Origin: the human T2T-CHM13v2.0 reference genome, Homo sapiens
Length of the DNA: 64,000 bases
NCBI GenBank assembly: GCA_009914755.4
Contig: CP068257.2
Span: 28,448,001-28,512,000, forward strand
Direction of reading: 5' to 3'
In this document: positions 40,601 through 52,920 of the stretch, in pieces
How the letters are laid out: every line of letters starts with the position of its first letter
Numbering within the stretch: position 1 is the stretch's first letter
Translations under genes and position numbers: made by a program
The notes under the pieces: model-generated
Databases searched by the model: none
What the model was told of the DNA's origin: nothing
The model's input: only the letters and a program-made list of their open reading frames with translations

Positions 40601-41361
40601 TGTTTCCCCAGGAAATATATGGAGGTATTCACAGGAAGTCAACATTTATTTGGGATCCAATTGTTTTAGTATTATTTTTTTCCTTAGGGCACTGCCTGGA
40701 AATTCAGTATAAATGTTTTTTAATGCACAAACATTGCTTATCAACCTGTCAATCAAGGAATCTTTGAATAGAAGAATAATGCTAATTTAATTATCATTTG
40801 TACATATTAAAATTTTGTGTAATTTTACCTTCCTGTAACACAAAGGACAGAAATTAAGAACCCAAACCCATGTCTAAAATATGAAACTTGAAATCTTAAT
40901 GTAATTATCTATGATGCAAACTTATAGAAGAATTTCTAATTGTCAAAAGATGTAGAAATCTATTTTAAAAAATAGATTCCTGCTAATTGACACAGTACTT
41001 AGAAGAAAAATATATATATTCAAAAATACGTATTGCTAATACATATTCTAATTGCCATAGTCCTTAGTAGAAAAAATATATGTTGAAATATAATTTTTAA
41101 AGTGCCAGGAATAGCCTTTTAAACACATTTTGGCAAGTTTATGTAAACCTCTTAAGTTAGATCACTTTAAATATTTCTCATTTTCAGAAATAAATTCTGA
41201 ACCCTAACCACATAGATAAATTTTCTAATTAGAATTTGTGGTTTGTGGATATGGAGCAAACCATTTCATGTGTCAAAATAGCCGATTTTAGTCTCACACA
41301 ATAAAGACAGATAATTTGTCCTATATTTAGGTTACATAATTTTGCCATGGATATTAAACTC

Positions 41362-41712
41362 TTTTTATGTTTTTTTATTTTTAATTTTTGTGGGTACATA
41401 GTAGGTGTATATATTTATGGGGTACATGAGATGTTTTGATACAGACATGCAATGTGAAATAAGCACATCATGGAGAATGGGGTATCCATGCCCTCAAGCA
41501 TTTATCCTTTCAGTTACAAACAATTCAATTACACTCTAAGTTATTTTAAAATGTACAATTAATATTAACTATAGTCATCTTGTTGTGCTATCAAATGAAA
41601 GGACTTATTCATTTCTCCTATTTTTTTGTACACATTTACCATCCCTACCTCCCCTCCAGCCTCCCACTACCCTTCTCAGCCTCTGGTAACCATTCTTCTA
41701 CCCTCTATGTCC
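41362..41712 (-). mobile_element. L1 3'-end fragment of L1PA/L1PB type, about 350 bp, L1 sense on the - strand
   Basis: The + strand reads as the L1 3'UTR antisense: poly(T) followed by tgtgggtacatagtaggtgtatatatttatggggtacatgagatgttttgatacagacatgcaatgtgaaataagcacatcatggagaatggggtatccatgccctcaagcatttatcctttcagttacaaacaattcaattacactc…ccatccctacctcccctccagcctcccactacccttctcagcctctggtaaccattcttctaccctctatgtcca. Confidence 0.8.
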
Positions 41713-42200
41713 AATATTAAACTCTTTTAAAGTTCAATTTTTCAAATTATTAGCTCTCAAAAAATCAGTTTGTTGGGAAACAGATTTAAAATTCAGGTGT
41801 GGACTAGAATATTACAGAATAAAATACAGACTACATTGCAAGGAGTAATATTAGTAAGTGTGTTTTTTGAAACTTTTAGTTGGACTGTGTATGTATGTAG
41901 GTTCTATTTGCAATATAATATATATAGGTAAAATATATACATATAAGTATTCATTTTTAACTGTGAATAAAAGTGATTGACTGCAATTATTCTAAAGTTC
42001 TATCTTTTTAGTATCAATAGCCAACTATAATAGTTGCATATTATTATTAGTTGTACTAATTTAAGTGAACCATTATTTACTGAATAATAACTGTGCACCA
42101 AGTAATGTGTGATGCCCACATTTTTATCTATTACTAGTCCTTATAATTCTGTGAGATGATAGTTAAAATTTTCCTTGTTAAAAATTAAGAAAATAAAACA

Positions 42201-42507
42201 GGCCAGGCTTGGTGGCTTACACTTGTTATCCCAGGACTTTGGGAGGCTGAGGCGGGCAGATCACGAGATCAGGAGTTCGAGACCAGCCTGGCCAACACGG
42301 TGAAACTCCATCTCTATTAAAATTACTAAAATTAGCTGGGCATGGTTGAGGGTGCCTGTAATCCCAGCTACTCAGGAAGCTGAGGCAGGAGAATCGCTTG
42401 AATCCAGGAAGCAAAGTTGCAGTGAGTCGAGATGGTGCCACTGCACTCCAGCCTGGGTGACAGAGCTGGACTCCCATCAAAAAAAAAAGAAAAAGAAAAG
42501 AAAACAT
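42201..42507 (+). mobile_element. Alu SINE, full length, with a poly(A) tail
   Basis: ggccaggcttggtggcttacacttgttatcccaggactttgggaggctgaggcgggcagatcacgagatcaggagttcgagaccagcctggccaacacggtgaaactccatctctattaaaatt… and ending …cactccagcctgggtgacagagctggactcccatcaaaaaaaaaag. Confidence 0.9.
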
Positions 42508-44211
42508 AAAACACAACTGATTAGAACTTGAAAGGTTGCAACGAACACACTGATATAAGATTTTTTTATACTTGAATTTTTCAGGTCTTTAAAAGATATT
42601 ATTTCAAATAACTGACTTCAGTGATTGAGTTCTGGAAATTTTGAGTTAAACCTAGTGTTTTTTATGCAGTAATTATTTGGAAATTTAATATGCTAATTGG
42701 TATGTTGAATCATCAAATAAAAAGAGATGAATACACTATGAATTTCTGAAACTTATTTCACCTTAGAACCATTTAAAAATATTATGTCTTCAGACTATGT
42801 TTACTGGAACACACCCTGAGAAATGCTTAATTTAATCATGTCAATACATGTAACTCAAAAGAGACAAGGCCTTATAAAGCAAATGTGTATAATGTAATAA
42901 TATTTGATAGTGTTTCCTTGAAATCAGACTAAACTCTAATTTTTCTATTAGCAAGACTTTAAAAATAAAAGTTTTTAATATCTTCAAGTTCAAGATTCAA
43001 TTTAAATGATATACTCTGGCCCATTTTCCTAGGGAACACACTTCAGTAAATTTAGAAATAGTAAATGCATAATGTTTACTTTCCCTTCACAAAAATTGCA
43101 ATGTAAATTTATCATTACCATTTATGTTTTTAAAATAGTTTGCAGTGGACAATTATCAGACATTGCCAGCAACCTATGTTTCTTCAAGTCACTTCATGTT
43201 GAAGTTACTCCTTCAGTACACAAGTACATAAACCATTACTATTTATTTTGTTCCATCTCCTTTCACAGATTTTAGGAATAGGAAAGAATTTCAAATCTGT
43301 TTAAGCTAATGTATGGATTTCCTAAGTGAGCTGAACGCAGTGGTCCTTTTGCCTACCACTTTACTTCAAACATTATAGCCTCTTTTCCTCCCACTGATGG
43401 TTTACAATACACAAGAAATCGTGAGAAAAATTAAAAATTAAAAAAAAAAACGGAAAGAAAAAACAAAGAAAACCAAATAAAATACACTAGAAAGCACCAT
43501 CACAAGAGGTTCTGCTTTAATGGTTTGCAGTGTAGCCTTTAAATCTATTTTTTTTTTTAAGAAATGTCCTGTGTGTGCCATAAATGGAGGACCACAGAAG
43601 GGTTTCTAATTTCTGCCGTGGACTAGCGAGGATTGACTCACTGACTAGGCTACTGAGATTCATATTCTTTGCTCCTATCAGCTTTTCTAAGTCTTGTGCG
43701 TTGGGCCCTTTCTTATCTGCTCAAGGTTCCAATGCACTTCCCACCAAGCTTCCATGTGAGCCAGCTTTATCTTCAGTCTCATTTTTCTGTAGAGTTACCA
43801 AAGCTGTCTATATCTGCAGACATATTTAGTCGGGTGGCCTTCTGTTTTCCAGTGTTCCTTCCTAATAAATCTCTCTGCCTAAAGAACTGGCATGACTACA
43901 GGGGGACATAAGGAGATGAGGGTCTCTCATTGTGAACTACTTGTTCTTGTTCCCATGGTAGGAAAACCCTTTTCTTCAGTCAGAGATCAGGAGGCTTCAC
44001 TATCCCTTTCTTGAAGTGTTTTCACTCCTTTACGGCCCACCCTCCTGGGAGGGCCTGGGAGACACGAATGGCTCACCTGTTAGAACTTCCTGGACATGCC
44101 TGCTTCTGTAATTTGCACAGAGATTAGTATGCAGCACTGAAATACTAGAAAAATAGTGTCTGTTATAAATGCAACTATTGCTTCTATTCTCTTTACCACC
44201 ACAGCGACACT

Positions 44212-44385
44212 GGTAAGCACTTTACATAATTATTACATTTAAGCCTAAACACATACTTTTAAAATTGGCATGTGCATTCTCCTTTTTTAATGAGCCAAAT
44301 GAGTGACAGAGGGGTTAAATCATTTTCTTGGAGTAACTCCAGCAAAATTTGAACCTGAAGCAATGTGATTCTCTGGCAAGGTTAG
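44212..44385 (-). mobile_element. MIR SINE in reverse orientation
   Basis: The window has taagcactttacataattattacatttaagcc…aatgagccaaatgagtgacagaggggttaaatcattttcttggagtaactccagcaaaatttgaacctgaagcaatgtgattctctggc. The reversed MIR consensus is …taagcgctttacatgtattaactcatttaatcc…gatgaggaaactgaggcacagagaggttaagtaacttgcccaaggtcacacagc…gggattcgaacccaggcagtctggctccagagc. Confidence 0.5.
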
Positions 44386-46008
44386 CCTTGGTATAGAATG
44401 AAGCTCATTTGGTCACTATGAATTGATACTTAGGACAGGGCTCAAACCACATGAGCTAGCCTTATCTGTCTCTTCATTTTACAAGAACAGAATTTTAATG
44501 TCTACTTACCAAGGTTGCAGGGTTTGTCTCTATATATTACACAACAAATTTAAATAGAACCTTTTTCTGCAATGGCAGGTTGTGGACCTGCTCAGAGAAC
44601 AGAATGCCCTCTTGAGGATGGGGAGCAGGGCAAGACTGGCCTGCACAAGTCTAACTGACTAATAATTCATGTTGGGAGTATCAGCAAAGGTGGAGGAAGC
44701 TAAACACAGATCTGAGGGAGAAGGAATTATGGGAGGGTTTGGCATTTTGTGGAGGGATTTAATTCTTATATGAGTCACTGAGTAAAACACAGAGAGGGAG
44801 AGGCTAACTAAAGAGGAAGGGAAATGAATCAATTTGGTGGTGCAGAGAAAAGAATTAGAAGATAAACATGGAAAATCAGAAGGAGAAACAGTAGATGGAA
44901 TTAGATAATCTTTTGATAAGTCCTTGGATTTTTTTTCTAAAATTCTGGAATTCACTTACATTTACAAATATTTCAAATTAATCAAAATAACCATTCTACT
45001 ATTGTCAATGACAGAGAGGCAACACATTTACCCAGCATATATTTTCTGGACACGTATTGAACCACGTGCTAGATCAAACTACACAGGAAAAAAAATCACC
45101 TCAGTTTGCTTAAAGTAAGGAAAAGAGAGAACCCATATACAAACATGTACTCACCATATAACTCTGAGGCAACAAGCAATTTATTTGTCATTGACACTAA
45201 ATGAACTACTATATAAAAAAAATACCCTGACAGGAACTGGCTTGAGAATAACAAACCACATTCTCTGAAAATGCAGTCTACAAACAACTTAGTTTAGTTG
45301 AACTAATTGAAGACGACTAACGGTGTAGTTGCTCTTTATCTTCAAATGAGAATTATGTTTGAGGCCAATGAATATCATGATTTAACCATAAAAATATTAG
45401 CTAGAATTTTTATTAAATGGAAACCCATACCATAAAAACACTCATGAAAAATCTGAAATGGTTCTATTAATATCCAGCAAAGTGAACTTAAAGACAAAGT
45501 ATTACCAGAAATAAGAGGCATTTTATAATGCTAAAATGGTCAGTTCATCAAGAAGACATGGCTGTCCTAAATGTGTTGGTACCTTTTAATAGAGTATCAA
45601 AATAAATGAAGCAACAACTAACAGAAATACTTTTGATATAAACAAATCCACAAATAAAGTTAGAGATTTTAGCACTCCCCTCTCAGTAATTGATAGGACA
45701 ATACACTAAAAATTGGTGTGGATATAGATACAGATAATATTACCTACCAACTCAGTCTGCTTGAATAATCTTCCTCCTATGTGACAATAAATACAACAAA
45801 TCCAAAATGCACAACCTTCTGAAGAGCACGTGTGCACATCCACCAAGACATATCACATGGCGGGTGTAAGGCAGTGTGGCAAAATTCCTCATCACCTGTC
45901 CTTGCTCCTTGTGAATTCACCTTGTGAATGTCTCAGGTTGCAAGTGTCCTCCACTGTCAAGCTGTCCACATGCGGAACAATGAGAAGGAGAATGGCATGC
46001 AGGGCTAA

Positions 46009-46404
<396 letters not shown>

Positions 46405-46830
46405 TAGTGATTTTCCACCATGATTCCTTTCTTCCTGAATGTCTACTCTTTCCTTTATGACCAAATTTAAGTTTCAGTTTACTTTCCACAATGTCTACAA
46501 TCCACTCTTCTCTCTACTTTGAACATCGTAAGCATATACTACATATTATTGTTTAACTCTTTCCTGCATTTATGCTTTATCTCCTCCACTGAATTAAAAT
46601 TTTTGTGAGAGCAGATGTCACACTTTGCATTTCTTTGGAAATACTGCCTAACTAATTGCTCAATAATTGCTTGTTAAATTAACATGGCAAGTAAAGGTTG
46701 AAAGCTACCTTTTGAAGTTTTATAGCTTCAACTTACTTTTGGAGACATATTTTTAAGGTGTCTTACACATGGCCTACATATTTTACAAAGACACATGTGC
46801 TGCTAAAAGATGAATTGAGCTACTATTTTA

Positions 46831-47203
<373 letters not shown>

Positions 47204-47261
47204 TCAGAGAGATAAGAATTTTAAAATACTCCCAAGGTAAACAGTACTTTGAAATTGAGAC

Positions 47262-48010
47262 GGGAGAGTTCCTTTGACACCTTCGCAGGACTTGCGACAG
47301 GGGTGCAGCTCGCTTACTCTGCCACCACCACGCTCAAACCCCTTGCAGGAAGGGGAGCACACAGGCGAGCGGGTGCCGGGTCCGGGGCGAGCACTTCTGG
47401 GCTCCGGCCCCCTGATAACGTCTAGGCGAGTGTCACAATTAATGTTCTTTTAGCAGTTGCCATCCGTGGACAGCTAAGGGTTCATCAGCTCAGTGGAGAT
47501 TCGGGGTGACAGCCTTTTAAACTCTGCCCTCGTGGTACCCGGGTTCTTGTCCGACATCCAGGAAGATTCAGGTCACATGGACTTAAAGGATGGTGAATGC
47601 GGATATTTTATTAAGAGGTGGAAGTGGCTGTCAGTGGAAGGGAAGATGACGAGCGGATGGTGCGGGAAGAAGGTGATCTTTCCCCGAAGCCTGGCCGTCT
47701 GCGCTGGGCTTCTTTCCGAAGTCGTGTCATCGGAAGTTAAGCCGCATCTATCTGTAGTCTCCGATGCTCAGTTGCTTCTTCTCTTCTCGACATTCAGCTG
47801 CTTGTCTCTTTGCCAGCTGAGGTCTGGGGTTTATATGGGTACAGGACAGGTGGGCAGGGTGAGCCAAAAAAGTAACATTTAGGCGGGAAAACAGGGATAA
47901 CTGTTCTCATTTAGGACCTCGGGTCCAGGCTTGAGGGTGGAGCCCTCGCCAGGGACGCCGCCCTCTTCTACCCAGTATTTTCCTGCCTCCTGTCTGTATC
48001 AAAATGATGC
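47262..48010. promoter_or_regulatory. CpG-island-like block of about 750 bp, non-repetitive and GC-rich, with about 45 CpG dinucleotides. It is a candidate unannotated promoter or first exon.
   Basis: CpG dinucleotides counted directly, for example ggcgagcgggtgccgggtccggggcgagc, gacgagcggatggtgcgggaag, ccgaagcctggccgtctgcgctgg, ttccgaagtcgtgtcatcggaagttaagccgcatc, ctcgccagggacgccgccc. Observed/expected CpG is about 0.8 by rough count, against about 0.2 in the flanks. A TATA-like motif gggtttatatgggtac sits at about 47828. A strong 5' splice-site-like CAGG|GTGAGC sits at about 47865. I matched no repeat consensus. Confidence 0.5.
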
Positions 48011-48367
48011 TTCGAATTTAGTTTTAAAATTGGCATTATCATATCTTAAATTAAAAGTTTATCGATATGGGTCACCAACACATGTTTTTTAGGATTATGT
48101 TTCTAGGTGGCTTCCACTCAGTGCCTGCAGAAAAAAACAAAACAAAATAAAAAAAAAACCCAAAAAACAAAAACACTTGACTAGGAGTCTAGGTTTTCAG
48201 TTTTAATATCAAGTCAGTGAATAAAAAATTGTGAGCATTATGTCATCATATTGCTCTGAGATTTTTCTTATTCACCTATAAAATGAGACATTATATTTAT
48301 ATCACTTAAGGTACCTTATAAGTCTAAAGTTCCATCTTAGTTTACATAAGAGCTTCACACTTAAAGT

Positions 48368-48456
48368 GTCATAGACCAATAGCAATGGTGTCACCTGGGA
48401 GCTTCTTGGAAACACAGAATCTCATGTCAGACCTTAGCTCAGATCTCATCTGTACA
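48368..48456. mobile_element. MER5-like hAT-Charlie MITE fragment
   Basis: The window has gtcacctgggagcttcttggaaacacagaatctcatgtcagacc…cattaaaattagaaaagcactg. The MER5A consensus is …atcacctgggaacttgttagaaatgcagattctcgggccccacccc…gatgcacgctaaagtttgagaaccactg. Confidence 0.45.
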
Positions 48457-49764
48457 TTAAAATTAGAAAAGCACTGTTGTAGAGTGTATATGTTAAATTG
48501 CATCACATAACCATAAATTGGATGCATACTTTTTTTATAATAACAGAGTTGGTCATTAATGTGACCTATTATTATTATTTGCCCAGAAAGCTATATATTA
48601 GCAGTCTATTATTTACTGAGTATATAATTCTCATCTTGAATTTTCCCCTCTCCTCTTATACATGGGAGGTATGGCATTTTGGTCCTCCTATTTTCTATCT
48701 GTATTTGCCTGCTTCAGACCTAGGGATTTTGGGGGAAATTTTACACAATAGGACAAAAGCAGTACATGGACACTATTGTCTTTTATGGTTTCATCCCAGG
48801 ACTGTAGTCTCTATCTCTTCTGCACATTCTAAGTGAATAATAGACTAAACTATACTGACATTTCTTTCTGAAATGAACAAAATATTTGGTTTAATTAGTT
48901 TTTCCTGTTGCATTGCTTGACATTAGCTATAATTAATGTGTTAAATGGTACATAAGTTTTCAGAGTTTCTTAATAGACAACAATCTTGGAACTCACCATT
49001 TTTCTTTTCTTCTAGGACAGATGGCTGTGTTAGTTACTTAATGTCATTGGTGATTTTCACTATGTTATGTTAATTCTCTCCTTGTATGGCATTACTCTGT
49101 CTTGCCAATTTCTAAAAAATGTGACTATATGATATTTAAAAAGTAAAATATTCAATCAAATGTTCCCTGATTTTTCTGTTAAAATTAATTATTTTAAATG
49201 AACTACTCATTTCATTGAGTGAAACAGTAAACTGATTGATGGAGTGATTTGACATTATATTAACACAGGCTTGTTAATTTCTCCTTTACCATTCTCACAA
49301 ACTAAACTGAGAAAAGTATACTTCAGCCTGCCTCTATTTCTGTGTTAAAAATCTTCATCAATCTTAAGTAATTGACATCTTCATTATTCTTCAATTATAC
49401 CACTTTGTTCCTGTATATCCAAGTGAGTTTATTTTATCACATTTCTTTCCACTGCTAAGATCTTCCTTTTTCAACAAGTCCCTACTTCCGTCAGTTCAAG
49501 TGCAAGTGAATCTATAACAAGGCACATTATTGTGTCATAGAAAGCTGTAAACATCTTAGTTTAGAAAGCAGAAATATTGATTTAGAATTACTGTTCAGTA
49601 TGCCTTCTCATGAAAATCAAAGGGCTAAAGAAAGTCAATAGGCTACTGTCTTCAAATCATCCACATATATTGCATATTTCTGGATTCAACATGCTTTTTT
49701 TTCCTCCTTGAAAGTAAGTTGTAGTGTTCCCTTTCTATCAGGTACAGAAGGCCAAAGCCTCATT

Positions 49765-52700
49765 TCTTTGTTATTTCAATAGCTTTTGGGGTACAAGTTG
49801 TTTTTAGTCACATGGATAAATTCTATAGTGGTGGGTATTAGTCTGTTTTCACATTGCTATAAAGATACTACCTGAGACTGGGTAATTTATAAACAAAAGT
49901 GCCTTAATTGACTCACAGTTCCATATGGCTGGCGAGGCCTCTGGAAACTAACAATAATGGCAGAAGGTGAAGGGGAAGCAGGCACCTTTTTCACAAGGTG
50001 ACAGGGAGACACAGAGAGAAGGTGGAAGCACCGCTTATCAAACAGCCGTATCTCCTCAGAACTCATTCAGTGTCATGAGAACAGCAAGGGGGAAATCTGC
50101 CCCCATGATCCACTCACCCTCCATCAAGCCCCTCCTTTGACTCGTGGGAATTACAATTCGGGATGAGATTTGGGTGTGGACACAGAGACAAGCCATATAA
50201 TTCCATCCCCCGCCTGGCCCTTCCCAAATTTCATGTCTTTTCACAATTCAAAACCAATCATGTGTTCTTAACAGTGCCCCAAAGTCTTAATTCATTCCAG
50301 CGTTAACTCAAAAGTCCAAGTCCAAAGTCTCATCTGAGACAAGGCAAATCCCTTCTGCCGATAAGCCTGTAAAATCAAAAGCAAGTTAGTTACTTCCAAG
50401 ATACAATGAGGGTGTAGGAATTAGGTAAGTGTTCCCATTACAAATAACCCAACTGGGCAGTCATTAAACCTGAAAGCTTCCAAATCTCCTTTGACTCTAT
50501 GTCTCACATCCAGGTCATGCTGATGCAAGAGGTGGGCTCCCATGCCCTTGGGCAGCTCTGCCCCTGTGGTTCTCCAGGGTACAACCCCTGTGGCTGCTTT
50601 CTCAGGCTGGCATTGAGTGCCTGTGACTTTTCCAGGCATATGGTGCAAGCTATTGGTGGATCTATCTTTCTGGGGCCTGCAGGATAGTGGCCTTCTTCTC
50701 ACAGTCTACTAGGCAGTGCCACAGTGGAGATTATGTGTGGGGCCTCCAACCCTACATTTCCCTTCCACACTGCCCTAACAGAGGCTCTCCATGAGGGTTC
50801 TAACCCTGTGGCAGATTTCTGCCCGGACATCCAGGCATTTCCTGGACATCTTCCTTTTCCAGGAGGTTTGGGAACCTCTACCTAGATTTCATTTCCTCTG
50901 AGATCTAGGCAGAGGTTCCCAAAGCTCAACTCTTGTCTTCTGTGTACCCAAAGGCCCAACACCATGTGGAAGCCCCAAGGCTTGCACTCTCTGAAGTAAC
51001 GGCAAGTGTGGTACTTTGGCCCCTTTTAACCATGGCTGGATTTGGAGCACCTGGGATGCAGGGCACCAACTCCTGAAGCTGCAGAGAGCAGTATGGCTCT
51101 GGGCCCAGCTCATGAATTCATTTTTCCCCCCTGGGCCTTTGGGTCTGGGATGGGAGGGACTGCCTCAGAGAAGACCTCTGACCTGAAATGAAGATATTTT
51201 CTCCATTCTCTTGGCTATTAACATTTGGTTCCTCTTTATTCATGCAAATTTCTGCAGCCCTCTTCAATTCCTCTCCAGAAAATGGGATTTTCTTTTCTAC
51301 TGCAATGTCAGGCTGCAAATTTTTGAAACCTTTATGCTCGGCTTCCCTTTTAAACATAAGCTCCAATTTTAAATCATCTCTTTGTGAATGCATATTACTG
51401 AATGCTTTCAGAATAAGACAGGTCACCTCTTGAATGCTTTGCTGCTTAGAATTTTTTTCTGCCAGATACCCTAAACTATGTCTCTCAAGTCAAAAGTTCC
51501 ACAGATAATTAGGGGTAAAATTTTGCCAGTCTCTTTGCTAAAGCATAGCATGTGTGACTCTTATTCCAGTTCCCAATAAGTTCCTCATCTCCATCTGAGA
51601 CCACCTCAATCTGGACTTCATTGTCTATATCACTATTAGCATTTTGGTCAAAGCCATTTAACAAGTCTCTAGGAAGTTCCAAACTTTCCCACATGGTCTT
51701 ATCTTCTTCTGAGCCCTCCAAACTGATCCAACCTCTGCCTGTTCCAAAGTCCCTTCCACATTTTTATGTTATCTTTATAGCAGTATCCAACTCTTGATAC
51801 TAGTTTTCTGTATTACTCAGTTCTCACACTGCTGTAAACATACTACCTGAGACTTGGTACTTTATAAAGAAAAGAGGTTTAATTAACTCACAGTTTTACA
51901 TCTCTGGTGTTTAAGCCTCAGGAAACTTACAATCATGATGGAAGCAAAAGGAAAGCAAGGTATGTCTTACATGGTGGCAGGAGAGAAAGAGCATGCAGAG
52001 GAAACTGCCACTTTTTAAAACTATCAGATCTTGTAAGAACTCACTCACTATCAGGAGAATAGCAAGGGGGAAAACTGCCCCTGGGATCCAATCACCTCCT
52101 ACCAGATCCCTCCTCAACAATAGGGATTACAATTTGAGATGAGATTTGGGTGGGGACACAGAGCCAAACAACAACATGGTGTATTCTGAGATTCTAGTGC
52201 AACTATTACCTGAGCAATGCACACTTTAGCCAATATGTAGTATTTTTATTCCTCCCTTTGTTGAGCTCCCAAAGTCCACTATATCCTTCTGTATATCTTT
52301 GAGTCCTCATAGCTTAGCTCCCATGTATAAATGACAACTTACAGTGTTTGGTTTTCCATTCCTGAGTTATTTCACTTAGAATGATGGCCTCCAGCTCCAT
52401 CCAAGTTGCTGCAATATTTGTTTCTTTTTATGGCTGGCTAGGTAGTATTTCATGGTGTATATATACCACATTTTCTTTAACTACTTATTGGTCAATGAGC
52501 AGTTAGGTTGAAATTGTGAATTGTGCTGCTATAAACATGTGTGTTCTTGTGTCTTTTTCGTATAATGGCTTTCTTTTCCTTTGAGTAGACAGCCAATAGT
52601 GGGATTGTTAGATCAAATGGTAGATGTACTTTTAGTTCTTTAAATAATCTCCATACTGTTTTCATAGAGGTTACACTAATTTACATTCCCATCAGCATGA

Positions 52701-52920
52701 AAGTGTTCCCTTCCCACCACATCCATGCCAACATGAATTGTTCTTCAACTTTTTAATTATGGCCATTCTTGTGAGAGTAAGGTAATATCTTATTGTGGTT
52801 TCAATTTGCATTTCCCTGATGGTTAGTGATGCTGAGCATCTTTTCATATGTTTGTTGGCCATTTGTATGTCTTCTTTTGAGAATTGTCTATTTACGTCCT
52901 TTGCCCACCAAAAGAACATG
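49765..52920 (-). mobile_element. L1 3' portion of L1PB/L1MA type, about 800 bp of L1 sequence with L1 sense on the - strand, split by the MaLR insertion at 49834-52176
   Basis: The + strand reads as the L1 antisense 3' end. The left part is …agcttttggggtacaagttgtttttagtcacatggataaattctatagtggtg, against the consensus agcttttagggtacaagtggtttttggttacatggatgaattgtatagtggtg. It resumes after the MaLR element as tattctgagattctagtgcaactattacctgagcaatgcacactttagccaatatgtag…ggcctccagctccatccaagttgctgcaa…gtactaatttacattcccatcagc…ggtttcaatttgcatttccctgatggttagtgatgctgagcatcttttcatatgtttgttggccatttgtatgtcttcttttgagaattgtctatttacgtcctttgcccacc. Confidence 0.8.
49834..52176 (-). mobile_element. Full-length ERVL-MaLR element (THE1/MST-like), 2343 bp. 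It has a 5' LTR at 49834-50200, an internal region and a 3' LTR at 51809-52176, and is flanked by a perfect 5-bp target-site duplication TGGTG.
   Basis: Both LTRs read as the reverse complement of a THE1-type LTR (…gtattagtctgttttcacattgctataaagatactacctgagactgggtaatttataaa…atggcagaaggtgaaggggaagcagg…gagaacagcaagggggaaatctgcccccatgatcca…gggaattacaattcgggatgagatttgggtgtggacacagagacaagccatat). The internal part matches the MaLR internal sequence (…ccagttcccaataagttcctcatctccatctgagaccacctcaatctggacttcattgtctatatcactattagcattttggtcaaagccatttaacaagtctctaggaagttccaaactttcccacat…). The LTRs have diverged from each other by about 20% by eye, which points to an old insertion. The repeat TGGTG lies at 49829-49833 and at 52177-52181. 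Confidence 0.8.

Noticed and set aside
47470-47560. tRNA-like A-box (agctcagtgg) and B-box-like (cccgggttcttgtcc) motifs spaced about 55 bp apart inside the CpG-rich block, a possible tRNA gene or tRNA-derived SINE
   Set aside because: I could not draw a cloverleaf by hand, no acceptor stem or anticodon loop is evident, and the B box diverges from GGTTCGANTCC. It is most likely chance similarity within GC-rich sequence. Run tRNAscan-SE to be sure.
47262-48010. CpG-rich block as a nuclear mitochondrial insertion (numt), an rRNA, or a 7SL, 7SK or U-snRNA pseudogene
   Set aside because: I recognise no similarity to human mtDNA, rDNA, 7SL, 7SK or 5S sequences. It is kept as an unexplained CpG island instead.
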